From Chiloscyllium plagiosum (taxonomy: Eukaryota), in contig NC_057749.1 in the NCBI RefSeq assembly GCF_004010195.1, positions 13,700,543-13,764,542 on the forward strand: a DNA stretch of 64,000 bases, given 5' to 3'. Below the pieces are notes generated by a model. That model made no database searches. It was not told the DNA's origin and saw only the letters and a list, made by a program, of their open reading frames with translations. A program made the translations under genes and the position numbers. Of the stretch, positions 1-13,232 are shown piece after piece. Each line of letters opens with the position of its first letter. Within the stretch, counting starts at the first letter, position 1.

Positions 1-1926
1 TTCTAATAATTGTATGCATAAAGAATCCATATTTAATTCATTAGTGATTATTCAGTTTATGGCCTCTGGTTTTGGTCTTCTCTACAAGTAGTAACTTCTA
101 ATCTACATTTAACATTTCAAACCCTGACATAAATTTTAAGACCTCTATCAGGAAAGTCCCTTGAGAGAAAAGAAACCTACCCTATGCAAACATTGCTGAC
201 AGATTTTATTTCTCAGTTCTCATTCTTGCAAATAATTGGTCACAGTAAAACAAGACAATCAAAAGAAAAGTACATAGCTGATTCTCATTACAGCGGATAA
301 CTGTGAGCAAACATTTATCTGTAGATCATACTTGTATTTTCATGTTTTCATTTTTTTAAATAAATCCATATACTTTGAGGAGGCTTTTAACAAGTTGTGT
401 ATGCAATGAATGGAAGATGAAAAGCAGGTGAGAGCTTAAAGGGGAAGACTTGCTCTTTGATAGCAATGTCAGTGGGAACCGTTCTATATCACACACAAAA
501 CTAACTTTAATGGCTGTCACAGCACAACTGCCTAAATCAACATGAAAGAGTCACATTAACATGACAACGACATAATTTCCAAATTTTATAGGCATGCCAT
601 GGACATATATTGAGGTTTCGTTATTGGCATCTGGTTAAAACATTTTGGAATCATTTGTCTGAAACTATTAAGGAAGCACTATCACCACAAATACTGCACG
701 ATTCTAACAGGAGTCAGTTCCCAATTCTTGAGCGCAAGAGGTCAGCAATGAACATAACCAGCCAGTGCCAATGTTGTCCACATCTGCTGAATAGCTGTTT
801 TTAAAAATGGATTACACAGCTGGTTTCTACAGCCCTGAGACCTAGCGAGAAAATGTCAACCAATGTTTCTGATCACAATCCAATGATACGTTGAGATGAA
901 GGTAGGATTGGGTTTTCTTGCAACAGCCACAGTAGTTAAACTGTCTGCAAACACCTAATGTAACTACATTTAAACACAGAGCACGGTTAAATTAGGCAAA
1001 TTACATTGTGTTGGATGCCCATGAAATTGCTTTCAGAAAAGAGAGAGGGTGACATAATTGGTTAAAACAAAATAAAGAAATGCACACAAGTATTTTCGCA
1101 TGCAAGTGGGTAAAAAGCATCCGGCAGAACAGGACACAAAAAGCTGCAGGCACAGCACACATTTAAAGTACAAGGCTTTCTGTTAGTACTGCGATTGCTT
1201 CTCTATCTATTATTATCTGTCACTGGGCTTAAAACCTATAGAATAAATATTTTCATACAATTAAGTGGTTGGAATCCGATCTCAGTTCTTTGTGCATTAT
1301 TTATAAACATGACAATTTCATTAAGAGACCAGCCATATCGATTTATTTTCGCCTATACCAAGCAACAATTAGAATACTTGATGTACACTACAGCCTTTTG
1401 CAACTTCACAACCAACATTTGGAACAAAATACTTCAAATTGCCTGAAAACAGCTACATTTGCCTCTAATTAAAATATGACAGCAAGCTAACTGATCGTTG
1501 ACTAAATAACTCAGTCCTTCACCAAGAGTAATATAGTTGAGGCTGTGTATTATCACTTCTGCACAGATATTTATCACATAAATCCAAAAACAAAATGCTT
1601 TTTATTCTGTTCCAATTGTTAAGTGAGTAAAGACACTACCCACTCTTCTTCAATAGTGCATCTTGGGTTAAAATCCTGGTCTCATTTGATCTGAATATGG
1701 GCAGAGGCAGGGAGAGAACAATCTGCTGTTGAAGCAGAGAAATAAGAATTTGGCAGAAAAATAGTGGAAACCAAGCTGGAAGTAGTATTGGCATTGGAAT
1801 CTGTGGTCTAGATCATGGGAAAAGAAAACAGCAATGGATGAAGAGTGAATTCACTAATTTATAGTTTTGAGTTTGATTTTCATGAAATATATGCATATTA
1901 ATTGTAAAAACTAATTTAGTGATATA

Positions 1927-2784
1927 CAAAGGAACCTCGATTATCTGAACAAGATGGGCCGGCAGTATTTTGTTCAGATAATTGATTATTCGGCTAATTG
2001 ATTCCATGCCTCTCCTCTGGGCCTCAGTTTTCTGAAGTTTCCATTTTGCTCACTATGCCTGCCTTGCTACCTCTCTCCGTCTCAGGGTTTGTTTCTGAGC
2101 AGAAACACACTTGTGTGTAAGTGACCTGTAGCATTGGTGAAGCCTCCTGCGTCCCGCGTCCCACCCTACCCCCATCAGTTCAATTGGACTGACACAGCAA
2201 GCACTTGCTAAGTCTGCTCCCTGTTCAGGAGACTAAGCAGCAGCACACCGCGCACGAGCCACCATCCCCTCGTGTGCCCCCACCCCTGTCCAACCCTGCA
2301 CCGCCCGTCCGCCCTCACCCTGTCCCCCCAATCCACTGCTGGACTGGACACCAATAGCAAGACTGCTGCTGCCTTTGGGGTGAGTCTCAAAATAGCGCGC
2401 GCGTGTGTGCACACAAACACACATATTTTTACTGCAACTTTTGACAAGTTCCACTGTTGCCCTTTACAGGATATGTTAGAGAGATTAGCTGGGGAAGGGG
2501 GGTTTAGGGTACTCCCCTGTGTAGAACCCCAGGGAAAATGTGGGGGGTGAGAGAGAGGACTGGAGACCAGTCATTTGGAGACGGTGCCTGGGCACCCATC
2601 TATATCCAGGACTGTTCTCAGCAGCATTTCAGTAAGCCAAGTTCACTTTTAATCATTGTAAACAAAACACGCAATCAGTGTTGGAAACACCTCTTTGGTA
2701 TCACGTTTCTATCGGGACCTTGAGTTCTTATTCGGATAATCTGAAATTTGGATAATTGATATTCAGATAATCGAGTTTCCTCTG
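1927..2784. mobile_element. Non-autonomous Tc1/mariner (Tigger/pogo-like) DNA transposon
   Basis: Terminal inverted repeats CAAAGGAACCTCGATTATCTGAA / CAGAGGAAACTCGATTATCTGAA (21/23), flanked by TA on both sides; no transposase ORF. Confidence 0.85.
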
Positions 2785-2851
2785 TACATTAAGTAATTAC
2801 TTCAATATACTTTAACGATCCAGGCAACAGGGTCTTGAGAAGGTTGTTTAA

Positions 2852-2990
2852 CCTGACTTAGAAGGCGTTTGGAGGGATATGGGCCGGGTGCTGGCAGGTG
2901 GGACTAGATTGGGTTGGGATATTTGGTTGGTATGAACAGGTTGGACTGAGGGGTCTGTTTCCATGTTGTACATCTGTATGACTCTATGAC
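2852..2990 (+). mobile_element. CR1 LINE 3' terminal fragment
   Basis: gagggatatgggcc...tgggactagatt...gggtctgtttccatg...tgactctatgact tail, shared with other CR1 copies in the window. Confidence 0.8.
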
Positions 2991-3052
2991 TGTGTGCCTC
3001 CCTTTCATGGTTACATCTGTGCCGAAGGATCCTTGAAGGTAGAGCATGCAGT

Positions 3053-3537
3053 GTAACCAAAATACCTGGGGCCTTCTCAAACTGCTGGGGGACACAGGGG
3101 CTGGTGTGTGTTATCAGCTCCAGGAGTGTTAAGTTTTATTTATAATTTGCTTTTGCTACAGATCCTTTTAAGGAGCAGTTAATTAGTTACTAGGCTAATT
3201 GTTTCTAGTTGACTCAAAAGAGTTTAAGAGATATACTTTTCACAAGAATATGAAGGGCCACTTATTAAGACTTGTGGGGTGGATTGGAAAGTTTGGGGCA
3301 TGCATTTATAATGTCTCGTTTTGTGAATAAATCAGATTGACTTCTGATCTCTTCCTTCAACAACTAGCTTTCAGGAGTTTAACAGTTCACTTGGAAGCAT
3401 CTGAAATTTTCAAGAACATGAACTGACAACCTGCTATGCTATTGGAGAAAAATTGTGATTATTGAATTACTCAAGTCACTTACCGATTGACAAGAGCAAA
3501 GCAAAGCCGACACATACTGTGAAGCAGGGCTGTAACG
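3053..3537 (+). mobile_element. Possible solo LTR
   Basis: Begins tgtaac, ends gggctgtaac, internal aataaa at ~3326; no clear TSD. Confidence 0.25.
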
Positions 3538-4518
3538 TTTTGTAGAAAGGAGGCAATTTTAGGTTGATCATCAACGGGCCCTTGTATTGAGAGGAAACAG
3601 CTATACAACTTATCAGTGAGTCCAGTATATACTACATAGCTGAAAATAAATACAAAGAGCTAAATTAGCATAGATAAGGTTAGTTAAATATAAATTAAAA
3701 TGTTAAAAACTTTTAAGGTTTATGTACATCTCCTAATGTTTTCCATTATAAATTTCTATATCTATTCTTTATAATGGAAACTGATGTAAATTATGCAGGT
3801 TATAATTACACTGTGACATAGGAGATTTTCATGACAAAAACGGAGATAGGATTTCACAACTGAAGTATGAAAGTAAGGCAAGACTGCACTTTAAGATAAG
3901 GAGCAAATTACATCTGTGCTCCATAGTGCAAATATTCCTCAATTCCCTAAGCTCAGTTCACTTGACTATACATGGCTGTTCTTTCTCCATGTGATGTCAT
4001 AGGAAATATACTAATTGGGTGAAAATGTTTATAAGTTTTGTAAGTGTGGAAAAATAGTATGAAAGTACTTAAAAGGTTAGAAATTAATCATTTTATCATT
4101 TCATAAAATAATTTGTAAAGCTGGGAGGTTTTTTCCCCTCTTAGAAGAGACTGGAAATAGGGAGTACTATCTCAGGATAAAGGGTTGGTTACGTTGACAG
4201 AGATGAGGAGGAATTTCTCGCAACTTTTCAGAATTTAAAAAAAAAAATCATTCATGGGATATGGGCATTGCTGGTTGGGCCAGCATTTGTTATCCATCAT
4301 ATTGTCCTTGAGAAGAGGGTGGTGAGCTGTTTCCTTGAATCGCTGCAGTCCATTTTCCAACCTGAGAATTGTGGGTGCTTCGTCACTGAATACGTGGAAG
4401 ACTGAGATTGATAAATGTTTGGAATCAAGGGATAAGAGTAGACAAGCTCATTTAATATTTCAAAACTGCAGCTGGTTCTTTCTTCAACAAACCACTGCCA
4501 TTGGCATTGATCTTTTAA

Positions 4519-6165
4519 TCGTCATTGTCTACAGGAATAGTGCCAGAAGACTGGAGGATAGGAAATGTGGTTCCCCTGTTCAAGAAGGAGAGTAGAGACA
4601 ACCCTGGTAATTATAGACCAGTAAGCCTTACTTCAGTTGTTGGTAAAGTGTTGGAAAAGGTTATAAGAGATAGGATTTATAATCATCTAGAAAAGAATAA
4701 TTTGATTAGGGATAGTCAGCATAGTTTTGTGAAAGGTAGGTTGTGCCTCACAAACCTTATTGAGTTCTTTGAAAAGGTGACCAAACAGGTAGATGAGAGT
4801 AAACCGGTTGATGTGGTGTTTATGGATTTCAGCAAGGCGTTCGATAAGGTTTCCCACAATAGACTATTGTACAAAATGCGGATGAATGGGATTGTGGGAG
4901 ATATAGCAGTTTGGATCAGTAATTGGCTTGCTGAAAGAAGACAGAGGGTAGTGGTTGATGGGAAATGTTCATCCTGGAGTCCAGTTACTAGTGGTGTNNN
5001 NNNNNNNNNNNNNNNNNNNNNNNNNNNNNNNNNNNNNNNNNNNNNNNNNNNNNNNNNNNNNNNNNNNNNNNNNNNNNNNNNNNNNNNNNNNNNNNNNNNN
5101 NNNNNNNNNNNNNNNNNNNNNNNNNNNNNNNNNNNNNNNNNNNNNNNNNNNNNNNNNNNNNNNNNNNNNNNNNNNNNNNNNNNNNNNNNNNNNNNNNNNN
5201 NNNNNNNNNNNNNNNNNNNNNNNNNNNNNNNNNNNNNNNNNNNNNNNNNNNNNNNNNNNNNNNNNNNNNNNNNNNNNNNNNNNNNNNNNNNNNNNNNNNN
5301 NNNNNNNNNNNNNNNNNNNNNNNNNNNNNNNNNNNNNNNNNNNNNNNNNNNNNNNNNNNNNNNNNNNNNNNNNNNNNNNNNNNNNNNNNNNNNNNNNNNN
5401 NNNNNNNNNNNNNNNNNNNNNNNNNNNNNNNNNNNNNNNNNNNNNNNNNNNNNNNNNNNNNNNNNNNNNNNNNNNNNNNNNNNNNNNNNNNNNNNNNNNN
5501 NNNNNNNNNNNNNNNNNNNNNNNNNNNNNNNNNNNNNNNNNNNNNNNNNNNNNNNNNNNNNNNNNNNNNNNNNNNNNNNNNNNNNNNNNNNNNNNNNNNN
5601 NNNNNNNNNNNNNNNNNNNNNNNNNNNNNNNNNNNNNNNNNNNNNNNNNNNNNNNNNNNNNNNNNNNNNNNGTGCAGCCGCACTTGGAGTATTGTGTACA
5701 GTTCTGGTCACCGCATTATAAGAAGGATGTGGAAGCTTTGGAAAGGATGCAGAGGAGATTTACTAGGATGTTGCCTGGTATGGAAGGAAAGTCTTACAAG
5801 GAAAAGCTGAGGGACTTGAGGCTGTTTTCGTTAGAGAGAAGAAGGTTGAGAGGTGACTTAATAGAAACATATAAGATAATCAGAGTGTTAGATAGGGTGG
5901 ACAGGGAGAGCCTTTTTCCAAGCATGGTGACGGCGAACACGAGGAGGCATAGCTTTAAATTGAGGGGTGATAGATATAGGACAGATGTCAGAGGTAGTTT
6001 CTTTACTCAGAGAGTAGTAAGGGTATGGAATGCTTTGCCTGCAACGGTAGTAGATTCGCCAAGTTTAAGTACATTTAAGTCGTCATTGGACAAGCATATG
6101 GACATACATGGAATAGTGTAGGTTAGATGGGCTTCAGATTGGTATGACAGGTTGGCGCAACATTG
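4519..6165 (+). mobile_element. Relatively young CR1 LINE, 5'-truncated, RT region split by an assembly gap
   Basis: Open RT frame VPEDWR...NYRPVSLTSVVGK...DFSKAFDKV...VTSG before the gap and PHLEYCVQFWSP...RLRGDLIE...FFTQRVV..WN.LP after it. Confidence 0.95.
4998..5671. other. Assembly gap (674 N)
   Basis: Run of N. Confidence 1.
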
Positions 6166-9100
6166 AAACTGAACTTTCCAGCTCAGTGAGCAAACCGACA
6201 TCCATGAATGATAGTGTTGGTTTGAATATTGGAGGTCAGGACACTAGAAGTTACTTCTTGATCTTAATTTTGTCATAGGATCTTTAATAACTAACTGAAT
6301 TATCACAGTAGATTCAATTGTTTTGTTACGATAGGACATCAGAGAACAGAAAATCTAAAATGCACCATCTTGCCACATCTGATTTCAACATTGAAGTGTC
6401 AACCTGCATGACAGCACCTCCAAAGTGGGAGTTGATATCCTAATTCCAAGGCGATATAGACTGACCCCCCTTCACCAGCTTTCATCAATTCCCTCTCTCT
6501 CTTCCCCCACAAACCACCACCACCACCATTGACCGGGGTCCATGGCAACTCTAAAGCCTCAAAATGGTATCAAAGGTTTGGGAAGTACGAGTGTACAAGC
6601 TCATGTCCCTTGGTGGAACTTCAACACAACATTGTTTGATCCAAAAGGAACTAGAACTTGTACAAAAATTGATACTTATCAAAAAGCTAAGTCTGCAGGA
6701 GAGTCTCATCTTGAAAATGTGGCACTATGGGACTCCAGTGAATGCACCAAATGATCCACCAAGACGAGGAATTTCAACAGCCTTCCTGCAAAGAATCACT
6801 TAATAATGTGATTACAGCTGGCATCTGTCCAGTTCCTCGTAGGGACAGGTCACAAAATGGTCTGTAATTCAGCAACTATTTTTCTGAAAACCATATCATA
6901 TGCAGATGGGACAAAGAATGGTGATTGCAGAAAATAAAAAAGTCAGATTGGACAACAGAGAACAGCAAGTTTGTTGGCAACTGGGATTGACATTCATGAA
7001 ATGGTGGGGGAGGAGTCAGTCATGGCTCCCCTTCTTTGTTGCACTCACTTAACCTAGTGCAGGACAATGTGTATTTGGGGAAATCCACTGAGCTCAAGTT
7101 TGGTTTGTTTGTGATGCTCTCCAGTTGTTGAATACTGGTAGCTCAATGTCAAACCCCTAATGTGAAGAGTCATCATTTTGTCAAATACCCTAGAGGCAAT
7201 GCTATTTAAGGAACTGTGCACAGAAGTTTCTTGCAGTTGGGAAAATAGGTGGAGAATGAAAATTGATTAGAGAAAATATTGAAATAAAAAGGTGTCGCAG
7301 CAGCTTAAAGAGTTGATATTGTCATCCTCGAGGGAGAAAGAAATCTCATTTAAATTCAGCTTGGTCAACAAAGAAGCCAATTTGATTTAGATTAGAGAGA
7401 GAACAGTTTAACCTTTTCCAACTTACAAAAGCTTTTATCCTTCACATTCAAAAACCCAGTCATTTAATGCAAAACACTATCCTCTAATTTGTACCCTAAA
7501 CACCTGAAGGGAAACTCAATACTTTACCTAACAGGTAGTCTTTCCAGACAGACTTGTCATTATACCATTTCTAATTTGAGACTGAGTCCAAACTGCATTC
7601 TCTTACTGTCCAAAATCTGCATCAAATCGCTCCTAATTGCATCTTCACCCTGTCACAGTTTCTATGGAAGCTCTACGCCCTGCCCATACCCCTACCCCTC
7701 AATGCCATAGGTATTAGACAGTCTCAGCTTACTTTGTGCCTCTGGCATTATTCAAGTTCATTGCACCTGACATCTTCAGAGTACAAACCCATCAATCAGG
7801 AGACCTCCCACCTTTGATTTGCATATTCTGTTGCATTCTTCCAGTTATTTTTCACAACATAGCAAGGGTTCTTTTCTCAACAGCATCTTCATGCTTTTTA
7901 CTCTGATTTCCCCCCTACTTTTTCTGAAGGGCTGACATCCACTGAACTATTTCTCTACTGCTCTGGCGCTTTGTAAAATTGGTTATTCTTCAGAGTAAGT
8001 GTCAACTAACTATTTTCCTTGGGGCTGAAGACTGGGTCAATTATAGTTAAGCTTAACCCTCCCTTGACATCGACCAACATGCTTCTCTTAATCACAGTCA
8101 CTAGATTTTGTCTTGCATTTCTGCCCAATTCTCCCTTCAAAACCCCTGGTTACCAAGGTCGACGATACCTACAAATGAGGGTTAGGGTCACCTCCTGAAA
8201 GGTATACTGACTGTAATTAGCTCAGGGTGCATTTACACTACAACATTAGCACTGTTCAGCACTAAAGATTTAAGCCTGGAGTCAGAAATTAGGTCTGCAA
8301 TAAAAGGGGTGAAAGTAACTTAAGTGTGGTATGAAACAGATTTGAACACATTCAGTGGGCTGATTAGACCTTCTGTGCAGATTTTAATGTTTCAATAGCG
8401 TGGACATTACTGCCACATTGACGAGGCATCTGTATTTTACATGTTTGAAAGTAAGCTCTACATGTATCTCAAGACAAGAAAATGGATATAAAAACAGTTG
8501 TTCCAATTAAGTAGTGTATACAGAAATTTGCTGATCGAACAATGGATACTTGAGTGTACATAGATTGAATCTTTATTCAGCTAATTCAATCAATAAAACA
8601 TTTTAGCATAGTAATGTGGTAAATGTACATCTGGCAAAGGAAGTAGGAGCTGATCGGTCTTCCTCATAGCTTTTTCACAATAATCTGAACAGCATAGGTG
8701 CAAGTAACTTTTCACTTTCACAGACCAGGGTTGAAACTATTCTTAAAATAAAAATGTTCAGATTTGTTATGACATATCTCATTGGCAGATGGGACTTGAA
8801 CCTCGACCAACTGCCTCAGAGGCAGCAGCGCTGTCAACTGCACCTAACGAGCTCTGTGTTTCCCATGTATATGTCCAAATCTTTCCAAAATTAGCATCAG
8901 CTGCCTTTAATCATAACTAGAGCTTGACTGTACATATACTCAATTGTCATAGCAATTTGCAATATTAGCAGAGCATTGAAGAATGGAAGAGCTCTCTCTG
9001 CAGATCCGTCCTTGACTTGTCACTCCCCCACCCCACCCCAGTTTCTTACTCCCTCATGTCTCTTTCTTTGATGTATAGGGATTAGCAGTTATAAAGAAAA

Positions 9101-9849
9101 CAGCAATTAACTGACACAGCAGATAAGATCTGCCTTCAGATCGGCTTTTAAGAAAGCTAATTTTAAGTCTCTCTGCCAATTTTCGAAGACACCAATATCA
9201 CAAAGCTTCTGGAAATGGTGACCAGGTTTCGGAAGCAGGTGATTAGGTTTAATATTTCAGGTTTAGAACTTTTCATTCAAATGACACTAGCTGTTAACAA
9301 TCAACTCTGTGCTCTCTCCACAAATGCTGTCTGACCTGCTGAGTATTTCTAGCATTTTCTCTTTATATGTTCAATTTCCATTATTTGCAATACTTTTCCT
9401 TTGTATTACTGTACTAAACCCTGAAAACAGTTGCCGCTGTTATTTTTCCTTTACTGTTGATGAAAATCTATAAAAAATAATAATCAATGCTCCACGTTAT
9501 TGGGAATGTGATTACACAGTTATGGCAGGCAGCTGTGTTGACTAAGATAAAAAAATCAGACCAAGAGCTGGAGCAGGGCAGAATAGAATCTCTGATCCAG
9601 CCTCTTTTCAACCTGCCAAAGATGAGTCATATTGGACTTTATGTTTTTCTCTCCATAGATGCTGCCAAATCTGTTGAGTTTCTCCAATACTTTGTTGTTA
9701 TTCCTTCCAAGCTTGGCAGTTGGCCCAACAACAGTGACTTTATCTCATAAGAAAAATGAACAGTGTCAATAAAGCCAAGTCAAATGACAGAAGCTTACCT
9801 AGGATTCAATAACGAAGCACTTCTTTTTAACAGAAATGTAAGAGGCAAA

Positions 9850-10578
9850 GACACCTTGGACTGCAGGATCATAGATATTTGAAAGTGCAGTCGCAGTTAG
9901 ATAGGATAGTGAAGGTGTTTGATATGCTTTCCTTTACTGGGCAAAGCATTAAGTATATGAGTTGGGAGGTCATGTTGCAGCTGTACAGGACATTGGTTAG
10001 ACCATTTTTGAAATGTTGTGTGCAATTCTGGCCTCCTTCCTATCAGGACGTGAAAGGTTCAGAAACGATTTACAAGGATGTTGCCAGGGTTGGAGGATTT
10101 GAGCTATGGGGAGAGACTGAATAGGCAAAAGTGAGGACTGCAGATGCTGGAAACCAGAGTTTAGAAACTGAATAGGCTGGGGCTGTTTTCCCTGGAGCAT
10201 CGGAGGCTGAGGGGTGACATTTTGAGGTATATAAAATCATGAGGGGCATGGATAGGGTAAATAGACAAGGTCTTTTCCCTGGGGTGAGGGAGTCCAGAAC
10301 TAGAGGGCATAGGTGAAATTTAAAAGGGACCGAAGGGGCAACTTTTTCGCACAGAGGGTGGTGCATGTATGGAATGACCTGCCAGAGGAAGTGGTGGAGG
10401 CTGGTACAATTACAACATTTAAAAGGCATTTGAATGGGTACATGACTAGGAAGTGTTTGGAGGCTTATGGGCCAAGTGCTGGCAAATGGGACTAGATTAG
10501 ATCAGGATATTTGGTCAGCTTGGACATGTTGTACCAATAGGTCTGTTTCCATGCTGTATGTCTCTATGATTCTATGAT
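9850..10578 (+). mobile_element. CR1 LINE 3' fragment
   Basis: EVMLQLYRTLVRP, FFAQRVVHVWNDLPEEVVEAGT motifs and a ctctatgattctatga tail. Confidence 0.9.
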
Positions 10579-11214
10579 TGATCCTTCCAACTCAATGAGA
10601 ACTTGAAATATTCAAATAACTTACAAATACTGGCAGCTCTGAGAAACCCAATGGTGCAAATCAACACTAATAGAAGAAGCTGCAATAATATCAGAATAGA
10701 ACTGCATTTGTCACTTCACGTATTGTTCTCGGGTTTGAATGTTTCAATCACTTCCTTTCCTTAGGCTACTCAAGTCTGCTTCAATCATTTCTCACCTTAC
10801 TATAGAGTCAGTTGCTCATTCTGCATGAACTCTGACCTCAGCCTTTCTGAATGCTCCTGGCTATGGCTGCCATGCAATACTTTGAATTACTTGCACAGAC
10901 TGCACTAAACAATATTGAGTGAAGACCACAATAGTGACTCAGAGGGAATAATTATTGTCCTTTTCACTTTTGTCCATAATTCAAATACCACCTTTTTCAG
11001 CCTGAAACTACCTTTACATCTCAGGCGAGAAACAAAGATTAGGAAGGTTTACATGCGATTCTTAAAAATAAAATGCATTGACAAATGTGCAATTGAGAAA
11101 CTCAGAATTAAACAACTAGGTGTCTTAAAAAAATGAACTCTATTAAAATTGTACATTAAGTTTTAGAATCTGTAAAACAGATACTCTTAAGACTTGGATT
11201 CAAGTCATAAATAA

Positions 11215-11770
11215 TAATCCTACTGACCATAGGAAATAGGAATAGGAGGACCCTTGAGCCTGCTCTGCCATTTAAAAGAATCTTGGCTGATGTGACAGCC
11301 CTCATATCTACTTTCCTGTGTTTTCCCCATAACGCTTGATTCACTGTCTAAACAAGAATTTATCTACCTAGCCTTAAATATACACAAGGACTCTGCCCCC
11401 TATCTCGCTGTGGTAAGGAGCTCAAATGACACTCAACTATCAGAAAAGAAAGTCCTCCTCATCTCAATCCTAAATTATTCTGAGACTATGCCCTCTGGTC
11501 CTTGACTCTCCCAATAGCAGAAACATCCTCTCACCATTTACCGTCAAGGCCCTTAAGAATCCTATATGTTTCAATGAGATGACCTCTCATTCTTCTAAAT
11601 TCTAATGAGCAAAGTCCCAAGCTGTCCTGCCTTTGCTCATAAAACAATCCCTCCATGCCAAAGATCATCCTAGTGAAAGTTCTCTGAACTGCCTCCAGTA
11701 AAATAATACCTTTCCAGCAAATCTACACTCAGTACTCCACATTTGGTCTTATCAGCATCTTGTACTGTTG
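11215..11770 (-). mobile_element. Older CR1 LINE 3' fragment
   Basis: Reverse-orientation CR1 tail (ataggaaataggaatagg...gagcctgctctgccatt) followed by a degenerate RT C-terminus. Confidence 0.75.
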
Positions 11771-12238
11771 TATTCTTTTGTTGGCATATCATTATATTCC
11801 ATATTTCTAAAAATGTTATCTCATCTAATCTTATTTTTCTCTAATCATGTCGAATTTTTTTTAGTTCAGGATTTTCCACTCGATTATACGCAGTAGGTAC
11901 AGTGACGATGGATTAATGTTCTCACCTTTCACAAAATTCTACTGTTCTAATCCTGGACCTGTATTCCTAAATGTGGGAGCATATAGAAATAATTCAGCCT
12001 TGTTGGCAGACATAATGATCCAATAGGTGAGCCAGTCAGGTCTGCAATGTTTCAGGATGGACTAGCCAGCTTGGCCTATTAATGGAACCGAGAGAGGTAA
12101 ATCTATTTGGTTGGGGTTATCATCATTTGGCTCCTGAAAATGCTGCAACTAAATGCCCTACCGAGTAAACTAATCCTATCTGACAAGCAGCAGGAAACTT
12201 ACAAATTACCTGTACGGTACTGACAATTTACATAGAGA

Positions 12239-13232
12239 CTGGATGTAAGTTTGCTCGCTGAACTGGAAGGTTCATTTTCAGACATTTCGTCACCATACTA
12301 GGTAACATCATCAGTGAGTCTCCAGTGAAGCACTGGTGTTAGTGAACCGATTTTATTTGTGTGTTTAGGTTTCCTTGGGTTGGTGACATCATACCCTCTG
12401 GTACTGTCATTTCCTGTTCTTCTTCTGAGAGGGTGGTAAATGGGATACAAGTCAATGTGTTTGTTGATCGAGTTCCAGTTGGGATATCATGCTTCTAGGA
12501 ATTCTTGTGCGTGTCTCTGTTTGGCTTGTCCGAGGATGGATCTATTGTCTCAGTCAAAGTGGTGTCCTTCCTCATCTGTACGTAAAGATACTAGTGAAAG
12601 GGGTCATGTCTCTTTGTGGCTAGTTGATGTTCATGTAACTTGGTGACTACTTTTCTGCCTGTTTGTCCAATGTAGTGTTTGTTACAGTTCTTGCAAGGTA
12701 TTTTGTAAGAATTGTCTGTATAAACTAATGTCATTTATAAAATACCTTGCAAGAACTGTAACAAACACTACATTGGACAAACAGGCAGAAAACTAGCCAC
12801 CAGGTTACATGAACATCAACTGGCTACAAAAAGACATGACCCACTCTCACTAGTACCCTTACATACAGATGAGGAAGGACACCACTTCAACTGGGACAAT
12901 GCATCCATCCTTGGACATGCCAAACAGAGACACACGCGAGAATTCCTAGAAGCATGGCATTTCAACCAGAACTTTATCAACAAGCACATTGACTTGGACC
13001 CCATTTACCACCCTCTGAGAAAAAGAACAGGAAATGACACCACCAGTAGAAATGATGACACCAACCCAAGGAAACCTAAACACAAAAATAGAAAGCGGGT
13101 TGCTAACACCACTGCTTCACTGGAGGCTCACAAATGATGTTACCTAGTATGGTCTGAAAATGAACCTTCCAGTTCAGCAAGCAAACTTACATCCAGAACC
13201 TCAACCTGAGCTACGAATCTTCTCAAAATCCG
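12239..13232. mobile_element. Fold-back Penelope-like element (two inverted GIY-YIG/pLTR arms)
   Basis: Arms ~12239-12708 and ~12736-13196 are reverse complements. The right arm encodes NVIYKIPCKNCNKHYIGQTGRKLATRLHEH (GIY-YIG). TSD tttacatagagactgg / tttacactgagactgg. Confidence 0.92.
12278..12317 (-). ncRNA. Minimal hammerhead ribozyme motif in a Penelope pLTR
   Basis: Minus strand reads tca-CTGATGA-t-gttacc-tagtat-ggtgac-GAAA-t-GTC-tga: core boxes, stem II, short stem I. Activity untested. Confidence 0.65.

Noticed and set aside
4525..6121. Long ORFs of 231-398 aa in the ORF track
   Set aside because: Their length comes from the N gap; the real residues are CR1 reverse transcriptase.
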